A stretch of 64,000 nucleotides of DNA from Podarcis melisellensis. Taxonomy: Eukaryota. Made by a program: the position numbers and the translations under genes. The notes beneath the pieces were generated by a model. The model was given only the letters and a program-made list of their open reading frames with translations. It had not been told where the DNA came from and did not search any database. This document shows, in pieces, positions 22,178 through 37,100 of the stretch. The stretch's first letter is position 1; every line of letters begins with the position of its first letter. The stretch is taken from NCBI GenBank assembly GCA_964234715.1, contig OZ174279.1. One strand, written 5' to 3'.

Positions 22178-25100
22178 CTGCAGGAGACACAAACACACGT
22201 AGTAAGCACCAAATTGCTGCCCTACCTGAGCCGCAACAATTCAGGTGTCAGACTGGAGTGCCAGTTAATACTCTGGAAGAGGCACTCTGGGCTCTCCAGC
22301 TGAGGGGGATGGGACACCCAAAAGGTTTGGGGAGGGTTGTTTTATTTTTAAAAGCGAAAGCGCTCTTTAAAAGTACAGATAATAAAGGGAATCTGAGGCC
22401 AGGCTCTAAAAAGCTTAGATCCCTTAGTTGGGATAGGCACAGCCCCTATAGTGAGTGGTTAGTATTCAGAACTGTCCCATAGAACATCCCTCATTCATGG
22501 CTCTCTCTTCCCTCATTCCCTTACTCCACCCTACTGCGAAAACAATGAGTGAAAGAATAATTTTGATAAAACAAAAGCCCACAATGCAAAGAAATGTATG
22601 TTGTCCTACTTAATTTGCACTACTTTGTGTCCATAATCTTCTGGTTTTTCTGTTGTTGTTTTACATAACCCTGTGCTGGAAATACTCTATTAATTAAGGA
22701 AAACAAACTTTGATCTGGGTGGGAAGAAGGGAAGCTTGCTCCTCTTGCAAGCAAAGGTTGGAAACAGATGAACAATTCCCCTTAGGAAGGAATCATTATC
22801 CATTCTCTCAACCCAGAGCACCGGACCAAGGTAGCAGAGGCAAGGCTCCGTTGGCTTCCAGAAGGGGCAGTATCAGAATCTTACCCTGGGCAGAGTCGTT
22901 CGAGCAGCCCACATTGCCATGCACAATGTCCTGGATCAGCAGACTCCTAAGCCAATATAAGCAAAACCTTGATCAGCTGGGAAAAGGCAGCAGCACAAAA
23001 ATACTCAATCTCACCGGCATGCAGCACATACCTGATGAAATTTGTGGGTATTAATACACTTGTGGGCAGAATCTGACATGCTCCAGCAGGCACGCCTCCC
23101 CAGCATAAGCACCCCAAAATGCACAGCTGCACAATATCTAATACACAAACTGCAGGCTTTGCTGAAACCTCCCGAGTCACCTGCATATGTCACCTCACAC
23201 AAGGGCACGTGCACAGCCAGCAGACAATTCCAGCGACAAAATACAGAGGTCTTCAGCATGATCCCTTTAATTAGAGTATGGAGCTATGGCTGCTCAGCTG
23301 TAGTCCAGGCCTTAAAGAGAAGGTATTACTAAGGAAGACCCAATCTGAGTCCAAGCTTGCAGGGGGTGGGTGGGGACACACACACAATGTAAAGCTTGTT
23401 TATTTAAATAGGCTTTCAGTGAGTTCCTATGGGCTTTAGCAACCTATAGGATTTAGCTACCTGCCCTATCTATACATTTATGCTGTGATTCTTGTAATGG
23501 ATTTATATTTTAGCGTGCACACACTCAAAACTTTCATTGCTGTAAAGCATGTAAATTTTATGAAATATATTCTTATTACTGACCGCTGACTACAGCTTCT
23601 TAGATATCCTGCAAAATCAGAATCCACTAAACCTAACCCGTTTTGTATGAGACAGAGAGTCGCCCTGATATGTTTAAAGCCAAATAACAGGGGTGTCCTG
23701 TCAAATGCCCACTTTCAATAGGGAGGGATAGAGTGAAGGAATGTTGTTAAGTCTCAAACAAGCACAAACTAATACTCCATTGATCCAATAAACCTCAATG
23801 TAGGATAGGTCTCAATGCAGAAGCACATTAGTGGTGCCTCAACAGAGCCCCAGCTTCACCAAGTGTTGGCGAACATTGGTCTTGGATGCAAGCTGCATGC
23901 ATGCATTACTCATATGTAGGACGTGCCTGAGTACAGACCAGAGTGGGGAGCACATGTTTAACCCACCTCAAGTCTTCTTTTCTTCAATAGCTGCATTGAG
24001 CATGGTCAATGTATGAGCTCCTCCTTGCCTGCAGGGCATCTGCCTGACTGGGACATCCAGGCAACTTGGTGTCCCAGTCATGTGGAGTTCCAGCAGGAGC
24101 TCACACATTGGCTGCTTTAGTCGGACAAACACACCCAATGGGAAGTTGTTTAAAAACAACAACCAAATATCCAGCATTTGGGGAATGAACAGGGTAGGTT
24201 TAAAAGTATCGCCCTGCTCCAGTTTGTGCACAAGTACAGTGGTACCTTGGGTTACAGACGCTTCAGGTTACAGACTCCGCTAACCCAGAAATAGTACCTC
24301 GGGTTAAGAACTTTGCTTCAGGATGAGAACAGAAATCGTGCTCCGGCAGCGCAGCAGCAGCGAGAGGCCCCATTAGCTAAAGTGGTGCTTCAGGTTAAGA
24401 ACAGTTTCAGTTAAGAACAGACCTCCGGAACGAATTAAGTTCTTAACCCAAGGTATCACTGTAACACGTACACAGTGTTATATACACTTCCAGGTCTTTG
24501 TAGTCAGTTTTCAATTACCTGTCCAGCATCTCGGCTACTTCTCTGCAGGTCTCACCATCCCAGCCACAGTATGGGTCTCGGGCCAGGATACAATCAAAGC
24601 AGGAGACATAGCGCTTGCAGGAGGAAAATGGTAACTGCAGGATTCCACTCTGAGCCCCCACATACAGACTCCTCTGCAAAGAGAGAAAAGACAGGACATG
24701 CACTCAGGGAAAGGCAGGGAACTGAAACATCCAATTAACTGTTGAAAGGCAATGTAAGGTGCAATGCTTCAAGGCCCAGGTTAATTACTGTATTTTTCCA
24801 TGTAGAAGACTAGGTTTTTTAACCAAAAAATGAGGTTTAAAATTGGAGATCGTCTAATACATGGGTAGTGCTGAGGGGTGTTTTCTTAATTTGGAGTTCC
24901 CAAAAACAGGGAGCGTCTTCTACATGGGGGCATCTTATACACGGAAAAACACAGTATTATTTTTCTTACATTCATATCTTGCCTTTCTTCTGCCATTGTT
25001 CCCAGGTAGCCACTCTCCCAGGTGCTGACTGGACCTACCTCACTTCAGCAAGGTGGTGGCTTTCAGACCATACCTTGGAATAACTTAAAAGGCAGAACTG

Positions 25101-28100
25101 GAAGCCAGGATTTTTATAGAAGCTGGGCTCAGCTATAGCTGGTACATTCAATATCATGTGTTGGTAACAGGTAGCTTCAGCACCAGTGTTTGACCAGCAG
25201 AGGGAAGCAGGGAACCAGAGTAAGTCACTGGGGTCACCCTGCAGCCATTTATCCTTCCCAGCTCAAGGCTATCCTACTGATTTGCTGCCTCTCCAAAGCC
25301 ACCCTAACATCAAAAAAAGTCTGAGGGCAGAGTTGCATTCCCCACTGACCACTCGGAGGGAGATGCTTGAAATGAAAGAGAAAGAACAAAGGCCAGGAAA
25401 AGTCCCTCCTTGAGTCCCATCTACATTATTTCCTTTTAACAGCAGCATGACATGTAGGCGTTTGCCTGGCTAAGCTTTCTCCACCCTTTTTATCTCCAAG
25501 CCAGGAAAAACACAACCAACTAAATATTTGCATGTCTGGCTGATGGTTAATGCAAGGAACTGGGGCAGAGCCAGTAAAAAACAAAAAAGTGGCAGTCCTA
25601 GAAAAAGAGCCCAAAGAGAAAGCAGGAAGGGTGTTAGCCCATGTGGTACCCTCCATATGTAGCTGCACTGCAACTCCTGTGACCCCCAGCACACGGTCAG
25701 TGGTCAAGGATGATGGGAATTGTAGTCTTAACAAGATCCAGAGGAGCCTGCAGAACCACACATGACTGCACATATTATAGTACTAAAATATCATCCCACC
25801 TGCAGTACATCACACAAGTTCCCCTGACAGCTGTACCAGGGAGACATAAACCTGCACGGTCACACTGAGAAAGGAACTGGGGACTGAGCTGCAAATAGGG
25901 CTGCTGCTGTTTTGCCTGATGGGAACTGAAGAATTCAACAGATGCAGCATTTGCTAGGATGGAGGTTCTTATGTAGTGATTTCCCCCCCTCCTGCTTGTC
26001 ATCATAGAGGCACAAAGCATATTGGCTGGAAGACCTTGCAAGCCTTTTCCCACCTGGCCTGTGAGGGTGGGGTCTGGATCAGTTGAGGCTGCTGAACAGA
26101 CTCTTGGGCTGGGGTATTTTGTTGCTGGGGGGGGGGGGTTTGTTGCTGTTGATTTTTGTGTATCTTTATTTTAGACCTTGTGATTTATGTGGAAATTGTT
26201 CAGCTTGGTTGTGTATTTTTTGATGTTTTGTTTATTTATGACTTCTTTCGTTATGCTGAATTTATGTCGTAAGCCGCCTTGAGCATGGCTTGGATGGTGA
26301 AAAGGCGGCATGCAAATTATGCATACAGAATTGAATCTGTTCAGTCACAAAAAATGGCAGACCTTCCTGGGAGCTGGAAAGGGAAGCTTTTAAACTTGTG
26401 CAGCTTTGCAAGGAATGTGGAGGAACAAGCTCCAGACTGCTGAGCAAAGGGCTCCAACGAGGCAGGACAGCGCATGACAGGGCCTTTGGACACTGGGTGG
26501 GAACCACCTTAGCTACAGGCAAAGCCAAATAAACACCCTCGAGGCACAGTTTTATTGAGGGCTGCCTATTGGCAGAGACTGCACAGAGTCAGAATACATA
26601 AGAAAAACACCACCCACGTTCCACAAGCTTATGATTTTTTTTCCTTCCAAGGTGAAAGGTGTAAAGGGGAACCACACCTTGACAGAGCGTTTGCTAATAT
26701 GGATAGTTCTTTCCTGTTACAGTGGTATGAAGAAAAGGTGACTATCTTACAACTTTGGTAGAGAGAAGTGTGCAGGACATAGGTTAGCAATGAAGTCCAG
26801 ACTATCCTGAATTGGTTCTCCAGCTGACATAGGCCTGTTCCCAACATTTGTTTACTGCACCCTTGTTGGTGCTTTGCTTTTTCACAGTGCATGTGTGCCT
26901 TCACCAAGAGCATTTGGGTGGGGTCTGAAGCCACATGTACCTGCTTTTTAGAGATGACAAGGTTCTCCACAGGCTGGGGGGCTTTGAAGACCTGGATCTC
27001 CTCGATGATGTGGACCATGGAACCAATGACCACAGCCTTGTGAATCCAGCCATTACCTGTTAAAGGGGAGTAAACATTAAAAAGGCAATTTCGAACACAG
27101 TCTCATACTTGACATCAGTCATGCAGGCAAAATTCAAGGTGCTAGCCCTGTGTAGGGTCTGGTTGGCAAGTGAGAGGATCTGTCTACTTCCAGATTTACA
27201 AAAAGCCTAGGTGTGCCTGAACACTGTAGAGCCAGTCTATGCTGCAGGACAACAGTTTTGTCACTTCTTTTCCTGTTCTTTTCCTCTCCCCAGAATAATG
27301 GGATTTGTAGTTCTGAGAGAAGTTCAACTGAATTCTAAACAGGCACAAAGTTGTAACTGCCCAAGTTCCATAGTGGAACTTCACTGGCAATCATGAAGCC
27401 ATCACTCCCTTTCTCAGAGCAATTTTCCAGAACTGATTTGATGCTGGGGTTTTGTCATCAAAAAAGCATCACTTGGAGTAGAACTTAAGAGGAATATAAC
27501 CTTTTATGTTTGAGAGAGACAAAAACCCACAAAGCCTGCCTAAGTGACGGAAAAGGGGCAAAGAAGAACAGATAATCAACCTTTGATTCTCTGTGTCCTT
27601 TGAAGAGCAAAAGCCAGAAAAAACCTGTTTACAGGTATGTCTGTTTGCAGCTTAGTAGTGTTAAGCACAGCATAGTAGCTGTCAATTAGAACTGAGTGGC
27701 ACTGGAACAGCTTGGGGAAAGGGAGGCTCTGCGGCATACAGAAACCCCAACTGTGTCTCCTTAAAAAAACACAGGTTTGGAAAGCTTAGAAAGCATAATA
27801 GGTTTGCACTCTTTGTCTCCTCTACATTCCGATACAAGGTTGAGAGGGGTGAGAACAACGAGTAACCTCCCTAGATGTGTGTTCTGTCCTAACAGATGAG
27901 GACACACAGACACTTAGATATGCGTGGGGAATGCAAACACACCTACCCGTTCCCAAGAAGAGCATGTCATACACTCGCCCATCCAGGGCTCGGACTCTGT
28001 CTACAGCTACTTGGGTATAAACCGCATTTTTCTTCACCAACAGGGGGACTCCATCCGCAGGCTTCACCTCTTCATACATCAGTGGATGGAGCTTGATAAA

Positions 28101-31100
28101 ATCCAGCACACCATTGGGCAGGTCCTGGGAGGTGTTGTAGCCATTCTTGCGAGCCCGACTGGTGATGCACTGCAGAGGAGAAATGGGTGTTATTTGCACA
28201 CCTAGCTTCAAGATGCTTCTGGTCTTCAGCTCCCATTATCCTTGACCTTTGGCCAAGCTAGCTGAGACTGATGGAAGCTGGGGTCCAACAACAGCTGGAG
28301 GACCACAGGTTCTCCACCCCTGCTCTAACAGCTAAAGCATATAAACAAATACCCTTTCTGATACACCAGTTGTCAGGCTTGTTGTATTTCAATCTGCAGG
28401 TAAGAGACTGAACACAACCCTACATGCAACTCAAACCTAGAATGCCTGTGAAAAGCCTAACTGGAGCATCTTCTACTTTTCTGCTGGTATGGATTTTTTT
28501 TGGGTAGGGGAGCCCTCAGCCTTCACCCTCAGTATGAAATGGTGCGTATTAGTCTGTTTTAGTTATGAGCACTCTTGTGTTCCTTGGGTGGAAGAGAGTG
28601 CCTCCCGCCTCCTTTATCTGAGACAAGAGGCAAAGTAAGATGTTATTTATTTATGCTATTCTATGCATGAGTCACCTAATAAAAAACTGTTCTCTAGGTG
28701 ACATGCACCCAGACAAATAGATAAAATTAAAATGAACAGCAAAACTATAAATCAGAAAAACCAACACAGCAGTAGATAAAATCCAGCCATAAAGTCTGAC
28801 ACTGATTAAAACCTCCAGCACCAACCCAACAAAACTCAGGTTCAAAAACTAAAAGCCAGCCATTATTCCGAACTGACTTAAATATAATATTATCAATGAT
28901 GTTTAAGGGTTATTAAGTTGGGTAAGTAACTTACTGATCCTGGCCGGGGCACTGGCACCTCCCCAGTGTACTGGGACCACTTGCGGGAGGAGTCCTGGTA
29001 TTCCATGTAAGTCCCTTCGAAGGCTGCCCGCACTTCAGAGATGTTGTACCGGCAGATGGCAGACACCTCCATGCTCCTCCTGAAAGACATGGTGACATGG
29101 TCATAGCACAGGACCAGAGCCTTCCACTTCTTGCTAATTCCTCTGGGTCCACAGAAACCAGACATAGGAAACCTGTGGTGCTCCAGATACTGCTGTACTC
29201 TTTAACTCCCATCAGCCCCAAGCAGCATGGTCAGTGGGCAGAGATGATGGGAGAGCCACATGCTCCCCACCCTCAACATAAAACGATCCTTGTAGCACTA
29301 TAGGGCCGCAAGGAATCTGAAGATCATCTGGTTTGACCAATAGGGAACAGGTTTCATGAACTAAACCCAGATGGCTCAACAAAGTCTATGACACTGCATG
29401 TTGGAGGAGAATGCGATAAATCCTGGGTATCGTCACCAGTACACTTGACTTACAGGGAAATTATTCTCCCATTCCAGATAAATGGATTAGATAGAGCCTA
29501 AGATTGGATAATACCTGGCCCATGAATGAAGCATCCCTGCCCTTCTCTGCAGAAAATATTTCTTGTTTCAGGGACAGGCAGTAGCCTTAAAAAAAAAAAA
29601 AAAAGGCCACAAGATCAGCTGCAAAATCTATCTTGGCTGTGGAGAGTTAGGTCATGACTACAGGGTTCTTAAGTCTAGCAGTTAGCAGCAGTTGTTTCTA
29701 CCAGTAAGGCAGCATTCTAGCAACCTTTTTCTCAAGCAGTTGGCTGCCCAGGCACTGCCACTTTGTAGGGACTATACCTAGAACTTTCTAATGCAGGGGT
29801 AGACAACCTAAGGCCCGTGGGCTGGATCGCCTTCTCAATCCGGCCCGCAGACGGTCCGGGAATCAGCGTGTTTTTATATGAGTAGAATGTGTGCTTTTAT
29901 TTAAAATGCATCTCTGGGTTATTTGTGGGGCATAGGAATTCATTCATATATTTTTTTCAAAATATAGTCTGGCCCACCACATGGCCTGAGGGACAGTGGA
30001 CCTGCCCACTGCTGAAAAAGGTTGCTGACCCCCACTCTGTTTTGGCAGAATGTCAGTGGGGCCAGACTAGCAGCCTTTGGTAAGGGAGAACAGAAGAAGC
30101 AATTCAGGAGTGAGTAGCTGCTAGGTGACTGGAGTGGAGATAGAGAAACACGCATATGTAAAAGTTTTAAAATGTTTTACACATTTATATTAAAAGTAAT
30201 TGAACAAGTTATTTTAAAAAGCATGAGCAGCTGATGGTACAAACAGTTCTTATATACCTCACTATAGATCTGGAGTGTCCAGATCCACAAGAGGATGGGG
30301 CTTCTGTAAGTTTAATGGTTGTATAGAAGAGGGAGTTTCAGCAACTACACCTCCTGAATTTCCCTCTTCTACTCAACAGTTAAAAGCGCAGTTGTTCTGT
30401 CCTCCTGTGCATCTGGCCAGCAAGGCACTGTCATCCACTACCCAAGACTCCACTTGCCTCTGAGAGCCTTTGCTTGAGGCAGCCAAAAGCTCTGGTGCCA
30501 TAAACTGTGCAAAGGTCTGAGTGACAGGGCAACACCTTTAATCCCTTTCACTCTCTGCTGCCAGGCAGAGCTTGGAAGAGTAATCAGTCCTTGCACCAAG
30601 ATGAAATGGCTCACTTGAGTTCCCTATGCAGAAGGCTTGTGCAGCTGCTGGAGAGCCAGCAGAATTTCCCCCAGATATGCTTGTGCCCCCCACCCCCACC
30701 CCTTTGTTGGGAGGCTGTATCTGAGCTGCTGTTTAAAATTTTCTGCAATGCCCCCCAATGCAGTACTGCTCTGAATCATTATGGGCCCAGCTGCTCAGCA
30801 CTGCATTGCAGTGGTGCTGCCTGGTACTTGCTACCCCATTGCCACTGCCGAGTAGGTCTGCTGGGGCCTGCCAGCTGGCACTCTGGCCTTTAAAACCTGG
30901 AGCCAGTCCTGGTATTGTGTATCTGAACAAGACTATCTCTCAGGGTCCCTGCCCTCTCTTTGCAGCTGTATCCCCAGCATTGTTTTATTCTCTCTATAAA
31001 CCGCTTTGAGTATTTTTTTTTCTTTCAATAATCTAGTGATGTATACATTTAAATAAATCATTAAATAAATAAATAAAATCACACCTGTCCTTGCTACCAC

Positions 31101-34100
31101 TTACTGGCTATCATTGCGTCTGTCTTCCTGCTATCCCTCCATGAACTTCCAGCCAGTATTTGGAAAATGTTACCTTGCACCTGTGTGGCCTTTCTGCATG
31201 AGAGATACTGGACTTGGGGGGGGGGGGAGTCTGGATTCACCATCAGACAGGGGGAAGTCCACCTGCCCCAGGCAGCAGATTTTGGAGGTACCATTAAACA
31301 ACAGCAAATTGCTGTCACAGTAGCAACATTTATATCTTCATTCTCAAACGCCAAAATATTTTGGGCCATCTCCAACTGGACTCCTTTATCCCTGTAGTGT
31401 TAATTCATGCTGATGCTTGCAAATGCTTGCTTCTCCTGCTGGACTTTGTGGTGTATGATGAGTTCTTATTTTTGCACTCCTCCCTGGATTTGGCAGGGGT
31501 CTCCTTCACGCACCCTGCTCTCTGAAATTCTTCTCAGTGCAAAGCCAGATCAAGAGAATAGATTCCGAGTAAGTGGTAGCTTTTGCTTCTGTGACAAATG
31601 AGCCAAATGACTTTCTGTCACGAGCAGGATATTCCTGTGTAATCCTGGAGGTTTCCTCATTTCCTGTCATTCTGTGGGGAAGACTGTCAGCCCTGCAAAG
31701 CCCCCTGGTTTTCCTTCATCGTCACATAATAACAACAACCAGCTGCCACTTCTGCCCCAGTTCTGTCTCTTTAACCATTCCCCTGACATCCCCGAAAAGG
31801 CCACATGCAAAATACCCTGTACGTTCTCAATAGCCTTTGAGATGTAACGGCCAGTGCTCATTAATAAATGCCTCTGATGTTCCGCTACCCTCTCATGAGG
31901 ATGGTAGCTCAGTGGGTGCCATCTTGCTGCCAGTGTGAACCTTCCACTTGATAAATGTTACAAGCAGAAAGCTACTAATTAGCCGAGGACAACTTGTTAA
32001 AATTCATGCTACCATTAAAAACTAACAGGAAATGCAAAAGGCTGGCTATGACTTCAGATTGGGCTCAGTCCACAGTGAAGTCGCACAGCGCCTATTGCTG
32101 TGGTTAAAATCCGTATGGCGAACAGTTTGGCCCTTGCTCCCAATTAAGCCAAAGTGAGCCCTTCCAAAATGCTAAGCTGACTCCCCTTCCCATCCCACAC
32201 CACCTCCTGCATAAGCAGCTATTATTAATCTATTCTACGGATGCTCACCAATAGGACTTTTGTCTCACAAAGTGCTCGGAGTGTCCCATCTGTTCCTTGC
32301 CCTCAGCAAGAAATGCTCAGGCAAACTGAATCAGTCACAAGTGCCAAAATACTTACAAGGGCAAGGAAGATTTTGCTGGCAACCAAACTGAAAGCCTCCA
32401 TCTACCATCACACCACTGACTGGAGCTCAGGTGGGATGAAAGCATCAGTGGACCCCGTCCAGCTTAAAAGCACAGGCAGGCCAGCCTTGGAAACAGAGGG
32501 GCAAGCCTCCTGCCTCACTCAGAAGCAGAGGGCAAAAGTATCTGAGAATATAGCAGGTGGTACTGGCAGAGCCAGCACAGTCTTAGCAGCTGAAAGCCTC
32601 TTTACTCTGAGGACCAACTGACAATGGCCTTCTTTCCATTCAATGCAAGTTGACTTTCCTTTGGTGTCTTTTATGAGGCTTTGAACAGTGTGGCGTATGT
32701 TTGGATTGTGCCGCAACAGGCACTGAAGTGGGGTGAATCCATACCTGTTGCCTTGGAATACAGAGACTGAACCAATTTGCCCAAGTGAATGCAGATGCTC
32801 CCTGGAATGCTGAAATGTGCAAGGCCAGGTTCCCTTGCTTGAACAGCCTATCTGTTTTTTTGTGTGTGTCCTGCACCATACTGCAAGTCAAGTTCTGCAA
32901 TGCAGCAGGCAGGAGATTGAGAACCACATTCGGTACTCAAGGGTACCGTGACACGTCCTGCGCTGTGTTCTGTACCATTACCTAATAATCCCTAGCATTT
33001 AGTTTGTCTTTTTTGCTGGTGGCAGCACATGGAACTTGTGTAATTCAATGGACTCCATGTATCTTTTCGGAATGGTTACAGTTACTTGAGTACCCAACAC
33101 ACAGTTAGCATGCTTGGCTTACCACTGTGCTGATAAAGTGAATGTTGCATAGAAGACGGTGCTCCTCCAGTCGCCACCATCCAGACTGAAAACATCCTTC
33201 AGTACCTCATAGTAAGGAACATAGCAGGCCAACCTTGCTTTCATGAAGGATGTCCATTTCCTCTGGAGAATCTTCTTGCCACCAATATCATTCTGGAATG
33301 CAGAAAAAGAAAGAGAGGCAGAGGCTAAAGCCAAGTCCCAATTCAGTTTATATCTGTTAGGCAAAGCCAAGCACAAGGCCAACTCTGATTCCAATACAAT
33401 GGAAAGGTCCCATCTGAACAGTTTCACCATGCATGAAAAGCCCAAGGACAGTGGGGGAGGGAAGCACAAATGAACAATCAATAGTTTTGTGGCTCCTTGA
33501 AGACCATTTTATTATGGCACAAGTTTTCATGGACTATGTTCGGCTTCATATATTTTATGAAGCGGACTATAGGTCCACAAAAGCTTATGTCATAATAAAT
33601 GTGTTTGTCTTTGATGTGCCTCAAGGCTCTTTGTTGGTTTTGCTGCAAGAGGTCTACCCCTGTGGAAACTGTGGGCATAAACAAGGGGAATTCTATATAT
33701 AAACAGAACGTTCTGCACTAATGTTGGTTTTGCTCCAAGCTGGGACCAAGATCTTCTAGGATGGCTCTGACTCATCTTCAGTTGGAGCTTTACTGAAACA
33801 GATCAGCAGCTTCTAAACATTTAAATCAAAACCATTTAAATGAACATCATTTGGGAACTACATGGGTCTGCTTATGGCATCTGAAAACAACCACCTATTA
33901 ACAAACCAGGATTAACAACTTAGTTCACTCTAGGAAAGGCTCAATACTTTTTCAAAATTACTGTAAAACGAGCCCCTGAACATCTCTCAGTGCTATAATA
34001 GGGTAACTAATCTGGGCTGATCTTTCTGAAAGCAAGTGTTTCTGCCTCCCTGTGAGTCAAACACAGCAAGACCAGTGTTTGGAGGAGGATTGAGAGAGGC

Positions 34101-37100
34101 CTGATCACCCCTCCCCTCCCCCCCCCCGTAGTGACAAAACCCAGCGATCAGAGCACAATGCCAAGGGAGCTTGTGTATTCCGGATAAGACCGTTCTCCTT
34201 CCAAGATGCAACTGAAGCCTCAGGCCCTGGAGAAAACAAGCAACACCTGATGCCAAAGACACAGGGCTCTGGGTGTAATGGCGCACATCCCTTTCACAAG
34301 CGGTTGGCGCTAATCTCCCTTGTTGCTTTGTTTCTGTTCGTAAGAACCTGGTTTCCAATTTGATTGTACATAGCTTTAACATCCTGCTGCTGACTCTTGT
34401 TTCTGCCTCCCTCCCAGCGCTTTCTCCCTGGGAACATACTTATGTGCAGTAATCAAATAGCCTCTTAACCTTGTGATCAGGCACACATCTCAAGCTCCTT
34501 AAATCTCTCGTGGCCAAGCTCACTCTCCCATTCCTCTCTCTCTCTCTCCCTGCCTGCTCCAATTTGCTGCTGCTGCTGCTGCCCTGGTTACAAGGACTGA
34601 GGTATAACCAGCCAAGGTGACTGATGCATAAATTCAGAGCCACAAGCAGAGTCATGGATGCTCCCAGGGCCCAGAACCATCTGTCAGAACAGCTGAAAGA
34701 TGGATCCCATGCAGCCTTGTTGACTCTGCCCTGCCCTCACTTAGATGCACTTGGAATACTCTGGCTTTCAAGCCACCGAGGCTTGCATTCATAAGAGGTT
34801 GGGGGTGGGCAGCATAGCCTCCGTGGGAACGTGGGTTTCACTGCAATGCCCTGGGCAGAGCTGGCAGCACCCAGAGGAGAACCAGTGGAAGGACTTCTGC
34901 TTTGACAAGCCTCTCTCTCAAAAACCTTGTGAGCACCAACTCCAGTGCTAACTGCCGCAGTCACTAGAGTGATAGGGCTCATTCTGGGGCCAAGGGCACC
35001 TTGCCATGAGCGCAGACAGAAGCCTGTATCACCTCTATCTGAGCTATTTGTGCTCTGGCATCACATGCAGAAGAGATTCAGTGCTCGTCCTTGCAGTATA
35101 CTGCAGTTGGTTTGGTTAGCCCTTTTCATTTATCACATTTGCATCCCTCCCCCCCCCCCAGGCCTGCCTCCACCCTCAAGGCAAGGGCAAAACTAGGTTT
35201 TCTTTCACCCGGGTTTAAGACCCAGTTTGGCACTCCCCATGTGCATTTGTGTATACACACACACACACACACACAAACAAACAAAGACACATGCTGAGAT
35301 CCTCAATGGTGCCCCTCTGGAGGTTTCACCCGGGATAAAAAAATCTAGCTAGCTTCCCCCGCACTGGAGCTATAGCTCTTCTCAAGGAGTGCCCAAGGGA
35401 CTATTTGACATTATCCTTGCAACAGCCCTGTGAGATAGGCCAGGTTCAGAGTCAGGGACTCTAAAGTTTTCTGGCTGAGCAGGAAACCTAGGTTTTCTAT
35501 CCCAAGCACGTGTGTTTCCTCCTAAGTCCCACTGAACTTGGTGAGGCTTATTTCTGGGTAAACATGTTGGGGTTGCTGTATTTTGAGTGGGGGGGAGAGA
35601 CACATTTGCCGACATCTGCTTTTAACTATGGATCGCTATGACCACTCTACCCATGAAAAAGAGGATGTGTCCTGGAAAAAGAGGACATATGGCAACCCTA
35701 GTTAGGATCATACTGCAAATCTCCCTGGTCCAAACTCAGCCCTCTGTACAACACTGTCTCTTCCTTTCATTTTGGATGCTTTGTGGCACCTAAGCACCAG
35801 TAGCTAATTTTGCTACAGCAGTGAACAACACAAAGGGGCTGTAAAGGGGTTTTAGCCATGGACACTACCCATCTCAAGAGACGCAACAGGGTAATCAGGA
35901 TAGAACAGTAATAGGCTAACAGGGATAATCATGGTTATATTTGCCACAGATAAAACTTGTGAATAAGGCTTTGCAATCTAGAACTTGAGCAATAAAGGGC
36001 TTGGCAGCGTGCAAAGGGAATCTACAGGTGGCTGAAGCAAAGCACCAGGTCCATGCAGGGCTAAAGCTGAGGCTCAAGCCTCCACAGCTACATACTGGGT
36101 GACCAAACTGCACTTCAGCCTGGCACCTCTCAAGTTGCTCTGTGCACTGCACCCCATCAGGATCTTGCTTAAGAAGTGGCCCTGCTCCCTTCAGTCAAAT
36201 ATTCAACTCTAGTTTTAACTGAAGATACACACCAGGCCTGAGCATCACCTGCCAGCACATGCAGCATTCAGGTGCAAAAGCAAGCTGCATCTGCTGAATT
36301 TCTCTCTCACGCACAACTATTAAATGTGCAGGAGCCATATGGTCACCCTACCAGGAAAAAGGGCCTTTGGGTCTTCATTCATTCATTCATTCATTCATAA
36401 CTTGGATGAGTTACTACCTCTCCCTATAGCCTTTCTTGGGGTGACTGATTCATATATATGAGCTGCCTGAGCCTCTTTATACATAATGTCAGAGATGGGT
36501 GTGTGTGCATAATTCAGATTTTGAATTTTTAACATTTGAGGTATTCTGTCCCATGCAAGGCTGGCTCTATGTTCAAGATCCCCAGGTGCCATTATCCAAT
36601 GTTTGGGCACTTGGGCAGCCAAGCACCTGGAGTTTTTCTAGTGTTGCTTGATGATACTTATCTGCATAGCCTAGTTCTTTTTCTTTGAATGTAGAAAGTC
36701 AGCCATGTGTCCCTAAAGGTCCAGTGTATAAACACCACTTCAAGAGTAATGTTTTTGTTTGACCTTTCTGAACTGTTATTTTTAAAAAAGACTGGAAATG
36801 ACTTGTTCAAAAATTGTTTAGATTTCTATATTGCCAAGCCCTGGGAGAGAAGAAAAAGAAAAGACGGGAGGGGGGGGACCTACATATACTTTTGCAAGGG
36901 ATAAAGCTGTCAAAATAGAACAGGGAGAAACAGCTGGGGGGGGACCCTTGCCTAGGATTACATCCTTGATGCAAAGCTTACCCCCAAAATTCCTTTTAAC
37001 CCAAGATATCAGGATGTCCTGCAAGAGATCTTCCATGACACATCTCATTTGATCCCAAGCTCCCTTTTCAATTAATGACACCGTAACTATAGGGCTTAGA

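Noticed and set aside
21363-22202. 279-aa + strand ORF
   Set aside because: Antisense shadow of the GC-rich SEMA4G last exon, non-ATG start, no recognisable domain.
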